A stretch of 63,927 nt of DNA, filler included, from Folioceros fuciformis (Eukaryota): the NCBI GenBank assembly GCA_049999805.1. It is 10 parts of 10 records of this genome, joined end to end, with 100 filler letters (N's around TTAATTAATTAA, not from the genome) between each part and the next. Parts side by side here need not be neighbours in the genome. Positions count along the whole stretch, not along the records: positions 1 to 12,958 come from JBNGIO010003318.1; positions 13,059 to 20,187 come from JBNGIO010003322.1; positions 20,288 to 25,959 come from JBNGIO010003323.1; 7 more parts are not named here. One strand, written 5' to 3'. Position numbers and translations under genes: made by a program. This document shows positions 11,150 to 23,600 of this stretch, piece by piece. Under the pieces are notes generated by a model. The model saw only the letters and a program-made list of their open reading frames with translations. It searched no databases and was not told the DNA's origin. The stretch's first letter is position 1, and each line of letters opens with the position of its first letter.

Positions 11150-12958
11150 TTAGCTCGTTACTGCGCATGCACCCGACCACGAGGCCAGGGTCTCACGTTG
11201 TTGAGCTTTCCATGTGGCAAGGTTTCTGTGAAGTAAGTCGGGCCGATCGGTGACAAGTAGATCGCAACCTAAGTCTAAGCACTCCAGCTGCACAGCCCGA
11301 CCACGGAAATATGAGAGCAATTAATTAACATCTCCTCTCCCATTACTGGAGCAGTGACCATGGCTGTCCAAGGAGCTTACCTGTCCGATGTCAGTGTCCA
11401 GATGATCCCCGAAAACGGCCATGAGTCGCTGCACATCGTAAGGATCAAAAGTTTATCACGAGCTGAAGAGGAAGATGATGAAATATTTGTATACGTTGGA
11501 ACAGGTCTCACCTGTCTCTTCTTGAAAGCTTTCACGAGTCTCCTATTCAGAACCTACAAGAGATCACATGTCAGACCTACTTGGCGTGCAGATCGAACTG
11601 GCAAAAACATAACATATGGCAGACAATCACCTTGTAACCAAAACGGTATGCTGTGGTTCCAACAATCTCGAATTGCATTGGCACGAGCCATAGCAAGCCA
11701 CATAGGTGGAGGACGTACCTGCAAAGACGTTTCCACTTTGGTGTTAACTTTCTTGTGGTTCATTTTAACACAACCCTCATTGCCAGTCCCATGTTTGAGA
11801 AAGGTTAAACCAACCTCACGCTCAAATCCTGCTTACATGAATATCATGGAATTCACATCGGGTGAAGTGGGAACTCCAGAGGGCTTCAATCTCTGAACCT
11901 GTAGATTACACCAGACCTTCAGCCCATACTCAACTAAGAAAACAGAGACAAGACGACGAATTCCTTTAAAATCCATCCTCGATTCACCTCTCTATTTGCT
12001 TCAGGTGGAATAGCGCCCAAAATGACACGATCCATGAGCTGGAATTTCTCCACGGTCTACAGGAATCTGCTAATCAAATTAGCATTACTTACAGGCTGCA
12101 TTTGAAAAGCTTACAGTCTACACCAAAACGAAGAGTGATAAAGACTTAAGAATGGTCATTGTATGAAGTGGGTCGAGTCATATGGGCGTGCTTGAATTGA
12201 TGCATGACCAAACACCAGCCAACAAATTGGTGTCAGTCACGTACAGAGCAGATCGAAGGCTGCTTACCTGAAGAGCGTCTGCAACAGCATCAGCGTCCTT
12301 AAAGTCCAGGTAAAAGACCAAATCGTCAACTGCAGCAAACTCCGAGAAGACCTGAAACAAATGTACCCTCATTCACTCCCTTTGGTACAATAGCATGGGG
12401 CATACTGAATACATCTTCATATCAAGGTACCGCAGAATGAGAGACAGGACCTAACCTCAGTCAATGTTGGAACCAGGTGGCCTTGACCACGGTAGGGATA
12501 AGTGATCCCACCGTCTAGAGTGAACCAGTACGCTGCATCAAGTCTCCTGCAAAGAGAGCCAGTTAAGATCATGCCCAACAGACCACCAACAACGGCCAAG
12601 GGAAGGAAAGTTCTCAAATACAGGAACCCAAAAATTTGATCGTAGACCTTCCACCTTATCTCATCAAGGTCCAGGTCCGAGACCAAGCCAGCACCATCTG
12701 TTGTGGCGTTGACGCTCAAATTGTGCATGATAACCTGGATAGCAAAACGCGTATCACGGCTTCAGCCACAAGATGCAACCAGCCAGCCAGCCATCCGCAA
12801 AGCCAACAGGCCAGAAGTGGAGACCACTCCTACTCAAGTCAAGGGCCCCCGAAGAACTGGTGAACGCTGTATGTACCAAATGGTCATCTTTCGTTTTCTG
12901 GATATCGAACTCCAGCACTTGGGTCTGTCGTTTCACACCCTTCTCATCCAGGAAGTGC
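11150..12958 (-). CDS. Glycerophosphodiester phosphodiesterase (GDPD, UgpQ-like), many small exons, 5' end lost at the contig edge
   Basis: Spliced translation gives VLEFDIQKTKDDHL|VIMHNLSVNATTDGAGLVSDLDLDEIR|RLDAAYWFTLDGGITYPYRGQGHLVPTLTE|VFSEF..VFYLDFKD...|LECLDLGCDLLVTDRPDLL...TS*, with TAA at 11152-11150. The ExD, PTL.E and TDRPD GDPD motifs are present. Confidence 0.85.
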
Positions 12959-13058
12959 NNNNNNNNNNNNNNNNNNNNNNNNNNNNNNNNNNNNNNNNNN
13001 NNTTAATTAATTAANNNNNNNNNNNNNNNNNNNNNNNNNNNNNNNNNNNNNNNNNNNN
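12959..13058. other. Artificial contig spacer (44 N + TTAATTAATTAA + 44 N); also at 20188-20287, 25960-26059, 31133-31232, 33921-34020, 41679-41778, 44746-44845, 60704-60803 and 62174-62273
   Basis: Nine identical 100-bp blocks with a core that gives stop codons in all six frames. Confidence 0.99.
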
Positions 13059-15197
13059 GGCCCTAGAATCTCTGCCCAAGCCATTCCAGGACTTTGTTCA
13101 TTCTGCACGAAATTGGAAATGGATGGAGAACAAAAAAACAGGATTGTCTGATTTTAGAGTTCCTTGGACTAACGAAGAAGTGAAATATCAGGCTGTACAC
13201 CGAAATGTGTTGGAGATGAAGGCCTATTTGGTGAAGCGCCCTTACACTCTGCCCTCTGCAGACTTCGCCCGGGGGCCTCCAACGGCACCACAATGACAAA
13301 CAGCTGATGGATGGAGAGCTAGAGGAACTAATGTGTGGGTTCGATGAGAGCACCAGAGGTAGTGTTTGCCTGCCGTGTTAATGCATGGTGTAGATGGCAT
13401 TATGCAAGCAAGACAAGCAATGTGACCTTGGTGCAAAAGAGGAACAATTCAAACGTTGGTGGTGCAGGAAAACAAGATTATTCTGCCACATGCCAGTGTT
13501 GTGGAAATAGTGGAATAACTAACTATTGGAAGTGCAATAAAAGCATAGACGATAGAGCTCAAAGCTCCCTTGTTTTCACACGCAAGATGTTTGCTATTGA
13601 GAGTGATACACCATGGTGAAGTAGTACAAAACATTTGTTCCATAAAGTTGACACATTAGTCATCTCTCCTTACCAAAAACCACTTGGTCTTTTGAGTATG
13701 CTTCTGCATGTGTTCTCTTCTGTAGGCGGCTAGGTTGTCAACACATTTGCAAGCTCAAGCTCCTTTTTCCAAGCGGTAGTATAGATCTAAGTTTTAATTG
13801 ATAAATGATAAAATCTAGATATTCAGCATTACATGTTTGCAATGTTTGGAAAATGGCCTCCAACAGGCTTCTAACAATCCGCTCATTACCCATACGGACT
13901 TCATTACTATGATTTCAATTGGTATGGTAGTTGTAATTATTGGTTCAATCTTTTCAAGGGGTCACATATGGCTATCACGTATGCACAAGGCATTCTTGGA
14001 GAGTATGCCTTACCTATAGATGCATGGTATTGACCAAGGTTGTACATATTCACTCCCTTTCTTTTAGTGGGAGTAAGGACGGGCTTTCTGCAAAGTAAGC
14101 ACACTCTAGCAAGGGGATGTGTGATATGAAGTACAAGATTAGGATTCTTCTAGGATGTATGATATAACTCTTAACCACATGTCTTACCTTCCATTGTATC
14201 AGCTTGTATTGTCTTGTCTTATGCTACACCATATTTGCACGGTGCATAAAATTAATTTTCGATAAAAGTAGGTTGATAAGCCAAGGATGATTTGAATATA
14301 ATGATGTTAAGGTAGAAGACCTTGACCATATTGTCCATGAGAAGAATGAGAAGAATGAGAAGAATTTCACAACACGGGGGAGGCAAGTGGAGCTCAACAA
14401 CATGCTAGATTATATCTCTTGCAATGCCAACCCACAATACACATGTGTCTATCCATGGTACTTCGTTTTGGATAACGATAAATCTACCATATGCTTCATA
14501 GCTTAGAATGTAAAATTTCACCCTAATAGACCTATAGCATATTTCTTGCCCCTTAATTTTGCCAAGTCCAACTTATTGATGTCATTGCACTTGTTGGGGT
14601 CAATTATACACAATAATGGCAATACCCTCTTTTCAATTGTACCCTTAGCAATAACCTAAGCAACGTAGGTGGACCAATCTTTGTCAACTTTTGTATTTGT
14701 GCATCTCTAGTAAGAAAGGAAGTAAGACTCAAATTCTCTAGTTGCAACAAAACCATCTTTGGTTGAACCTTCTTCTTACATGCAAACTATGTGCTGCTCT
14801 GTAACAAATTCTCAGCAGCAAATAAGGCCTCAATTCTCTCTTCATTCGTTCCAACATGCATTATCGCAATATCATTGTTGCTAGTAACCTAGGTGCCTCG
14901 CTCTCCTTTTTTCCTGGTCATATCACTTCCCATATCCAAGCTTCCAACTTTTCTACATATTTCTCAATGTGTGAGCCTTGTTTATTTCCTTTTATCCCTC
15001 TAGCTTGGCTTTTCACTTTCGATGATGATTGGTGAATATTGCCCGTGCTAGAGTGTTCTGGTGGAATTTTTGCACCTTGCAATGTTGGAAGGGTGCTAAC
15101 ATCTTAGTGCCCTAGTCCTAGGGTTTAGGAAAAAACTAGGGCAAAAAACAAGGGCGTAGACATGCCAACAATTCAGCAACATCTACATGTGTCATAT

Positions 15198-15485
15198 CAT
15201 GTTGATGTTGGGAGGATTAACACATAATTATGTTGATGCTGTGAGGATTTAACATATAATTATGTTGATGGTGTGAGGATTTAACACATAATTATGTTGA
15301 TGCTGTGAGGATTTAACCCATGATTATGTTGATGTTGTGAGGATTTAATGGATAATTATGTTGGTGTTGTGAGGTTTTAACGCATAATTGTGTTAATGTT
15401 ATTAAGATTTAATGCATAGGATTTAGCACATACGTCGATGCAATGAGGAGGATTTAATGAATATGTTGATATTGTGAGGATTTCA
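15198..15485. repeat. Degenerate ~31-32 bp minisatellite (TATGTTGATGCTGTGAGGATTTAACACATAAT), about 9 copies
   Basis: Head-to-tail units with no unique spacers, downstream of the TPR gene stop. Confidence 0.9.
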
Positions 15486-15602
15486 CGCATTCGCTAATGC
15501 AATGAAAATTCCACTAGATTGAGACTCTTAAATTTCTTACTCACGCGCACACATGCATAAACTCTATGTTCAAAAAGAATGAGACACTTTGATGGGCAAG
15601 TA

Positions 15603-18600
15603 CTACATGGGAGACAGGTATCCCCCGAAGTCAAATGAGTCCCGAGCTTCTGGTGATCCAGACAGGGGAGACAGCACTGTGTAAGCAGGCCGTCTGTCTA
15701 CGAGGTATTGCTTCACTGAACTCTGGGTGCTACCGGTCTTCGAAAACTTTCTGGGCTGCCGTGTCTGTCTACTTCGGAAAGAACTTGCAAGGGGAGCGCC
15801 GTCCTGTCTGTGAGTCTGCCAGGACTGACTCAACCGACGGAACACGCTCATTTTTGTCGGCGAAGCAATCTGATGCACTTCCCAGCCCTGTAGACCTGTT
15901 TCTTCTCCCCGCGGGAGAGATGAGTCGCACTTAAAACTCACCCCCTTTTTCTTAGAGTAGCCTGTCTTCGTAACCTCAGATTGGGACCTTTGCTTGCGAG
16001 CAGCTCTGGTACCGAACAGGGCCCTCTTCATCGCGGACATTTCAGGATAGACGTACGGGCCTTTTTTCTTCTTCCCCGCTTGTAGCATGTGTTCTTCCCA
16101 ACCGTGTAGATACTTGGTTGATCCTGGACGAATCTTCGAGTAAACGACCTTCGGCATCAACATACCTTCATCTCTCGGCCTAACTGTTTCAGATAAGTCT
16201 AAGCTCAAGTTGGCGTACTTATCCTTGGGATCGTATCTTGGCGACAGATTCCAGGTGCCTGTACCATTGCGCAGAGAGTCAAACTGCTGATCGAGCACCT
16301 CCTCGGTTGTCTGCTGTGATGTGTGCTGGGTTGGTTTCGACGGTGGTCCAGCTCCAACACCCATTCCTACAGAGAGCGCCACTCTACTGGAGGTTTGATC
16401 CAGGAGAAGCTTTGACGGTCTCAACCGAGACTCCAGTATGTCTTCCACCACATATCTCTCCAGCTCAATGATTCGCTGCTCACCTAGCTGTCTCCAAACC
16501 CCAGTTAATCTTGGCACCTTGCTCCCCATCCCAGTCCTACCTCTCGCTCTTTCCAAGACTTGAAGAAATACTTCTCCGGCCAGGAATTTCAGTTGCTTAC
16601 ACCTTTGCTTTTGCCTGACTGGCCCTTTCTGCTCGGCTTGTTCAATCATCGAACAGATTGCTAGCAAAGCTCCATCCTCCCCACAAACCTTGTGAAAATC
16701 ATCTCTTGTACAACTTGGCAGAGTGACCACCAACTTCTCAAGGGCCATGCATTGGAGGCCAGTGTCGCCAGATTTGAGCAAGCTCCAAAGAGTCATCATA
16801 ATGTTTCCATCCAACATTTGAGGAATACCCAAGCAACGCTTCCTTGCAATAATCCCAAACAGCTCCGTGACCTGGCCTAATAGGCTTGGGGTATGATACC
16901 TGAATAGACCCACAGCCACAGATTTAATTTTCGGCATTACCGCCAAAGCTTTCAGTACGAAATATGTCTACGGACTTGCAAAAATCCATTAAAACGATTA
17001 AAAACCATTTCTAGAACGTAGCCTCTTTCCAGTTCGTGAGAAGTTGACCTCCAAAGCTGTTGCAGTATGTCAACTATGCCAGCTTTGTAGAAGACAGTGC
17101 AAGCCCCTTGCAACCTACTGCATACGATAAGCAGGTCTAATGCCAGTTCAAGCATGCTCTGCTTCTTCCTCCTTGCCTTTCTTTTTCTATATTCTTCTGC
17201 ACCTGACTCCTTGTGCTCTCCTGGAAGTCTGTCCAACATGCCCCCAAGAGTGTCCGTAATGCCATTTATCCCCAGCACAGGACCATCTGGTTTTATTACT
17301 TTGACAGTCTCTTCCCCGGCTGTTGGCTGTACCTCCAGGAAAAGTTTCTGTGTGAGAACTTCTGAGTCTGCAGCAAAAGGCTTCAGCTCATAACCCCTCA
17401 CAACTCCCTGAAAATCCACAACGGGAAAGCTACGGTGTGGTGAACTTGCATGCAAGTCCTTCACGATCTCAACCATATGTTCCAGGATGACAAAAGGCTG
17501 TCCATAATTGTTCCACCCTTTGGAGTTTTTCTTCAAATGTAGGGCTTCATATCGCAGCAGAGAGAGGTCAACATCTTCTACCACAAGGTCCAGCAGAGCT
17601 TTCAACACTTGCCTTTTCACTCTCACCCTGGGGTCATAAAACTGTTCCCTGTTCCAAACAAGTGAATTTTCAGGTCCTCCATGTGCATCTGCGGAACCGT
17701 CTGACACACAGTGCAGGTTGTCAACCTCCGTGAAGACCTGAACAGAACAGTCGGATTCTGATCTTAAGCAATAGAACAATTGGACCAGCTTCATAGACCG
17801 TGAGCAGACATGACCAACGTACACCTCACCTGCAAAAGGGTTCGCAACGGTTCTAATTTCCCTTCCAGAAGAGCGGACCTCGATTTTGGATCTTCGGAGT
17901 ACGATTTGACCAGCTTTACTGCTGAAATGATGCCATCCACACCTACGCCTTCCAGAAATACTGGAATTCTCAACGCCAGCAAGACGACTTGCAAAGCATT
18001 TCGAGGCATAACGGACCCCTCCCTCGCACCTGTCCCCACATGGCAACCTGTAACCTGTAAATAAGCTCCGACTCGTAAACTGGGGTCCTTTGCACCTAAT
18101 CGGAGCAGCTTCAGAGCAGCTTCCCTGACGCATCTTGGTGAGGAAGTCGTGACCACCCAATTCACCTGAGGAATTTCCAGACCAGATCATACTCGTTCTC
18201 CAAAGGTGTGCTCTCGGCACACAACATCAAATGACAAGCACCAGGGCATCTTCAATGAAAGGTGGAGGGTCAAGTGCTGTTACAAGGCGGTTGACCACCC
18301 ACGTGGGCCACTGCACACGAAAAATGGTTCTACCCTCCGTGCCAGGCGTCTTTCTTGTGCCAGCAGCTCTCAGCACAGCTGCTGCAAGGTTATGAAAAGC
18401 TGGGGTGAACCATGCCATAACACAAGGATATCCTTCACATATGGATGAGAAAAAGATCTGGTTCTTCGGTCCGTGTAGAGAGTCAGCAAGGTTTGCCTCA
18501 AGCTGAGCTAGCAAATCAGCAACACGACTAATTTCTCCTGCACACCATCATCAGAGCCGTAATTAGAAAGAGGCAAGCCTTTACAGACATGGCCAGATGC

Positions 18601-19794
18601 TTTCGAAGAAAGCTGAACAGCTTACCAACACATGCATCAGCATGGAGTCCCTGGACGAGCTGCTCCACGACGAGAAGCGAACAGTTCGACTCAAGCTTCT
18701 TGGTGATCAGATTCAGGGTGGCTGGACCAAATTTCTCCCGTGCAGACGCTACTTCTACTTTTAGTTCCCTCGCAAGCACCTGCCTTTCCTGCTCTGACTT
18801 ACACTCCTTGACAGCAGGCAACGAAAGGCAACATTCAGACTCGAAGTATTGAATACGAGAGCGAAATCTTCTCGACGAAAAATGTCTCAACATTCACGCG
18901 CTTTTTGAAACCGTTCTACCTCCAACAAAAACTGAATCTTTTTGTCTCCCGGCACTAACGCCGTTGCTTTTTTAAGCCAATCACATGATTCTTCAAACCT
19001 ACTGAGCTTGGCTGCCGACAGCCCTGCCCGAAAGAAAACCTTGGGATTCCTATGGTCTAACTCCATAGCCTGCTTACCATCATGAAGCGGCCCGTCGAAG
19101 CTTAGTTACAAGGTGCAATCATTCATTGAAAAGAATGATAAGGGCAGCCGCAGTTGCTGACCTGCTTGCAGTCCTCAAGGGCCTCCGCATACTGCTGGAG
19201 CTTGATAAGCGCACCTGCTCGACATGCTAATAAAGCTGCCACTTCCCTCTCTATCCACCCTTGGATTCCGTCCAATTTTTCTGCTCCCGCTTGCCCAGGC
19301 AGTGTCGTTGCACATTCAGTGGACTCCAAGTCTCGACTGCGCAAATTGTCCGAACCATCCGCACTGGCTGCCCTTCCCGGTCCAGAAGATGGTCGGGTGT
19401 GCGGTGCCAGGTTGTTCTGCCCTCGACCTAAAGCATCAGGAGTACGATTGCCGTAACTGAGTTCCAAAGCTCTAGCCAATTCCTCAGGCTGGAGAGAAGG
19501 GAAGGAACCTGCCATTGGCTCCTGAGAAGCAAGCTTCGTGCCGCTATCCGGTGGCAAGAGAGGCAAGGCGCCTGCCGGCTGAATGAGCTTCAGAGCCTGG
19601 CAGGCATGGTGGACAGGTCTAGGGCCACGCAGATGGGGAGGAAAGTGCAGGGCAAAGAGCGCCCGGGTGTACAGGAGAACGGACTCATGGTAATTGTGCA
19701 GGTGGAAGGCTAGATTCGCCCTGCGTCTAAGCTCCGCTGCCTGCGCCCAAGGAGCCGAGTCCACCACCGGCAGTGTCACAGCCCCGCATACCAT
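15603..19794 (-). CDS. Large uncharacterised protein with N-terminal TPR repeats and a helical (ARM/HEAT-like) middle, multi-exon
   Basis: TPR consensus AELRRRANLAFHLHNYHESVLLYTRAL, LLACRAGALIKLQQYAEALEDCKQ|AMELDHRNPKVFFRAGLSAAKLSRFEESCDWLKKATALVPGD. Leu-rich ORFs 18227-18893, 16952-17740 and 15603-16946 are separated by short intron-like gaps. Confidence 0.75.
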
Positions 19795-19901
19795 AGCGGG
19801 TAGCAGAGGGGATGGACTGGACAGGACAGGGGGCGACGTAGGAAAGGTTCGAGTCGGTTAATGCAGCAGGCAGCAGTTGAATGGCGTCGAACCGACCGGT
19901 A

Positions 19902-20151
19902 TCAACCGCTGGGGTGATGACCAACATAGCAGCTCTGCCGCACTGCATCCATGAAAGCTGCCATGCGCTCCCTGTCCTTGAGCACCCCGTCGGGGCCAGT
20001 AATCCCACTCGACACATCCACCACCTCCGGCCTCACCACAGCCAGAGCTCGACTCACGTTCTCGGGGTGCAGCCCACCCGCCAGCATCCACCCGTTCCTG
20101 CTGCTTCCGGCCAGTGGGGCCTCCAGGTTGCCCCAATCGTACGCTTCGCCG
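19902..20151 (-). CDS. PAI: Phosphoribosylanthranilate isomerase (TrpF), last exon only
   Basis: After an acceptor AG: GEAYDWGNL...GWMLAGGLHPENVSRALAVVRPEVVDVSSGITGPDGVLKDRERMAAFM, the TrpF C-terminal signature (LAGGL.PENV, VDVSSG, KD). Confidence 0.93.
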
Positions 20152-20287
20152 CTGCCGGGAGGAAACAGGAGGTAGCAATCAGCGGCANNNNNNNNNNNNN
20201 NNNNNNNNNNNNNNNNNNNNNNNNNNNNNNNTTAATTAATTAANNNNNNNNNNNNNNNNNNNNNNNNNNNNNNNNNNNNNNNNNNNN

Positions 20288-20452
20288 AACCAACCCAAAA
20301 CTTAAAAACTTCGTGGGCCAAGGAGCTCTTGAGCATAAATACCCCGGCCTACTCCCAACCTAATCCGATTTCACACTAGACTTAATAAGAAAACAAAAAA
20401 CCACTTCGTCACACACCTTGGCAAGGAATTCCTAAACATTTTTTTGTTTACA
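20288..20452 (+). mobile_element. 3' end of an LTR-like sequence (ATAAATACCCC...TTTACA)
   Basis: TATA-like ATAAATACCCCGG and a CA terminus. Similar in inverted orientation to 20691-20810. Confidence 0.55.
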
Positions 20453-20690
20453 TCTGGGTGGCCGGTGCTAAGGCCTTCTTCCTAAGGGCTGGAGGGGTAG
20501 CGGTAGCTGGAGGGGTAGGTGCAGGAGGCACACGAGCCAAAGCTACCTTTTCTGAGGCTGTCAGGACCCTGTAATGATCCCAAACATGAAATAGAAAGGG
20601 AGACCATTCCAAAGTAGGAGGTTTCTCTTGCCTAAGCTTCCTAACATCGGATTGTATTTGATGTGCCACCACCTTTCCCTAGTTACCTGG

Positions 20691-23600
20691 TGTATAGGAA
20701 AAAAATATTCGAGAACTCCTTTTTTAGTGACAGATTATGTGGACTTCGATTTTTTTTGTGATAATGTGAGGAAAACGGCCTAGGTTGAGAATAAGACCGG
20801 GGTATTTATACACAAGGTCTCCTTGGACCATGAGGTTTTGGGCAAACCGGTAGCCGGACCAGGTGTCCAGAGTGGCTAGGTAGTCCTTGGCCTTTGGTAG
20901 TGGAGGGGTCACTAGGAAGTCTATATATGCACCCCCCCCCTAAACATTAGAAATAAGAAATGGCCCTCAGAGTAGGTAGGTTGTGGACTTAGGCTAGAAA
21001 ACAGGAATGTTGTGACTCAGCAACGATGGTGGAAGGTGAACCACCGTCGTGGAAGGCCAACCGGCACTAGTGCTACAAGCGGTAGCGGAACCAGGATGAC
21101 CTGACCAGTGCAAAACCCTAAGTTAAGTCAGAAGGGTTAGATGCAATTTCGAACAATAGCGCAACTGGGAAGTCGGGGAGCGGGAGCGGAAGTAGAGCGG
21201 AGAGCGCAACCTCAGCAAGGAGTGAGAAGGCGCAGTAGCGGTTGAGCGAGGCGGAGGCGGAGCAGTGGACAACCGAGCCAACGGAGTCCAGCGAAGCGAA
21301 GAAGAGCCAGGGTAGGATGAAGCGTGAGAGGGGCACTGCACAGTTGACGACGGCAGGAGCGGAAGAGGAGCAAGCTCCCGTGTCTAGGGTAGAGGTGGCC
21401 TTCTAGCAGAATATGAAGCATTGGCGGGTCAAAGCTGGAGGGCTGGTGGAAGAGCTAGGCCTCGGGTTCATGGCCCAGCGTTGCTCAGGTCCGGGACAGG
21501 AGGATGGCTCTTGGGGGCGAGTCGCAACAAGTGGACTTGCCAAGCTTGACCGCAGCGATGGTGTAGGCCTAGGCAGAAATATGGGACCAGGCTACCAAGC
21601 CACTAACCTGGTTGAGCATGCAAGGGGATAAGGAGGCCGAAGCAAGCCGGGAGTAGCTGGAAGTGATCCGACAGTCCTTGAGGACAGCTAAGGAACGGGC
21701 AGAGGAGGAAGCCCGCCAAGCGAGAGAAGAGGTGCAGACGTTGAAGGAGCAACAGGAGTCGCTCCTAGCTCAGGTGAGAGAGGCCCATGGGACTAACCAA
21801 GAGATGCAACAAGAATTATTAAGGGCCCAAGAACAGGAAGAGTCTGCAGTAGAGCGAGTGCAGAAGTTGGCGGGCAGGTACAAGCGGAAGCGGGACGAAG
21901 CCCGGAGCAGAGTGAAGGGGAAGGGCAGTGCCAGGCGAGGTAGTTGAGCTGCAACGGAGGTAGTTGAAGAAGCTACCGGTCAAAGAGAGACAATGCCGGT
22001 AGAGGAGAGCCCGACCTAGGTAGTTGAAGAGGCAACCGTCGAGGAACCTGCAGCCCACAAGTCTGAAAGAGCAACTCGCACCAGGAGGACAGAGCAGGGA
22101 GGAGTAGCGGTTGGGGGGAAGGAAGATCCTCTAGTGCCATTGGAGAGTAGAGGGCAGACAGCCCGGGGTAGCCCAAGGGAGGAAGGGGTAAGCGCTTCCT
22201 TTACAACAGAGGGTCAGATTCTGTTGCACTATCAGGAGGAGGCCACTTATGTGCCTGGCCTCTATGTGGATGGAGCCCGTGTGCTGAAGTTAACTGTATA
22301 TGTGCATGTGGGCTTAGGAGGGACAAGGGGCTATTGCCTGCAACTAAGGTCCCGCAAGGGGTCCTTCTACCATTGTTGCCGAGTGTGGGGGCTGCCTCAC
22401 TACTATTCAGAGGCAGTCATGGAGGAGCTTATGGAGGAGGAGGCACAAGCGTGGGTTGACTGGGAGCCAGTGCTCATCCTCAGCAACAGGCAACGGGAGG
22501 AAAGAAGGAGTCCCCCGCAACAGGACCCACCTACGCCGCCACCGGAAGAGGCAAGTAGCAGCAGCGGAGAGGTGGAAATCCTCTGAGAGGATCTACGTGA
22601 CCAACGGTGTGGGAGGAGAGCTAGAGGTTGGTGGACGGGAGGAAGAGCGAGACGGACGGGAGGCGAGCGCGGCGATAAAAATAGGCGAGAGTGAATGCAT
22701 CCTAGGATAGAATCTTGTAGGATCTTAGGTGATGCTTTTTCTTGGACCAAATGCCGCTCGTAATTAAGAACGCTCCCTGTCCGTGGACCAGACTTAATGG
22801 CGGCTATGGACCCGCCACTAGTGTGTACAAGAGGCCTGTTGGCGCCTCACAACGTAGCAAAAATCAGCATTCCAAACTTGAGGAAGTTCGGCGACGTCCG
22901 TTGCCGGATAGGGAGACCCAAGGAGGCGAGTGCGCACGGCGTTCCTAGGTGGTGGCATTGCGGTTTTGTTGCTCCGCGACGAGGAGGTGCTGGGGACGAA
23001 TCGGGAGGAGAACCCTCACCGAGTGGAAGACAGCTTCCTTGCTATCCCTGGTGCTATCTCGTTGTGTGTTGCGGTGGAGGCGAAAGGGGATGAATCCGCC
23101 GATTGCGGGGTGGAAGTGCCATTCGCTTCCCTTATCCCCTGATGTCCCGACTGCGCTTTAACTATTGAGAGGAGAAGTGTGTTGAGAAGGAGAAGAGTGT
23201 TGAGAAGACTGAGAATGAGAGACGGTGGAAGGAGCAAGTGAAGAAGGGGTGCAGTGAGGGAGAGATTGACGATGAAGTGAGCGAGAAGGAGCCAAGAAGA
23301 AGGCCGAGTGTGTGAAACACGACGAGAAGGAACGTGACCATGGTGTCTGGGGGGAGGAAGGCGAATCCGCTGATTGCGGAGTGGAGGGAGTAACTCTCCT
23401 TTCCTTACTTTCTAACCTGTTGATCGTGGGCGAGGGTGTTGTGAAGGTTGTGGGGAAGAGTCGGGATGGTGATGAAGTTGCGGAGAGGACGCTGAAGGAC
23501 CTGTGTGTGTGTGTGTGTGTGTGTGTATGTGGATGTTGTTGAGTTTGTGGTGAGGGACACCGTTAGAAACTGTCAGGAGAGTCATGGTGGCGGAGGGTCG

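Noticed and set aside
13003-13014. Recurrent TTAATTAATTAA as a piggyBac site or biological palindrome
   Set aside because: Always centred in the 44+44 N block, so it is an assembly linker.
13059-13310. Exon-like pieces as the missing 5' end of the GDPD gene
   Set aside because: Splice-like signals exist, but there is no HRG motif and the pieces lie across an artificial spacer, so the link cannot be supported.
13600-15190. AT-rich stretch as a possible TE remnant
   Set aside because: No recognisable motifs, termini or ORFs.
15198-15485. Second CRISPR-like array
   Set aside because: Degenerate tandem repeat without spacers.
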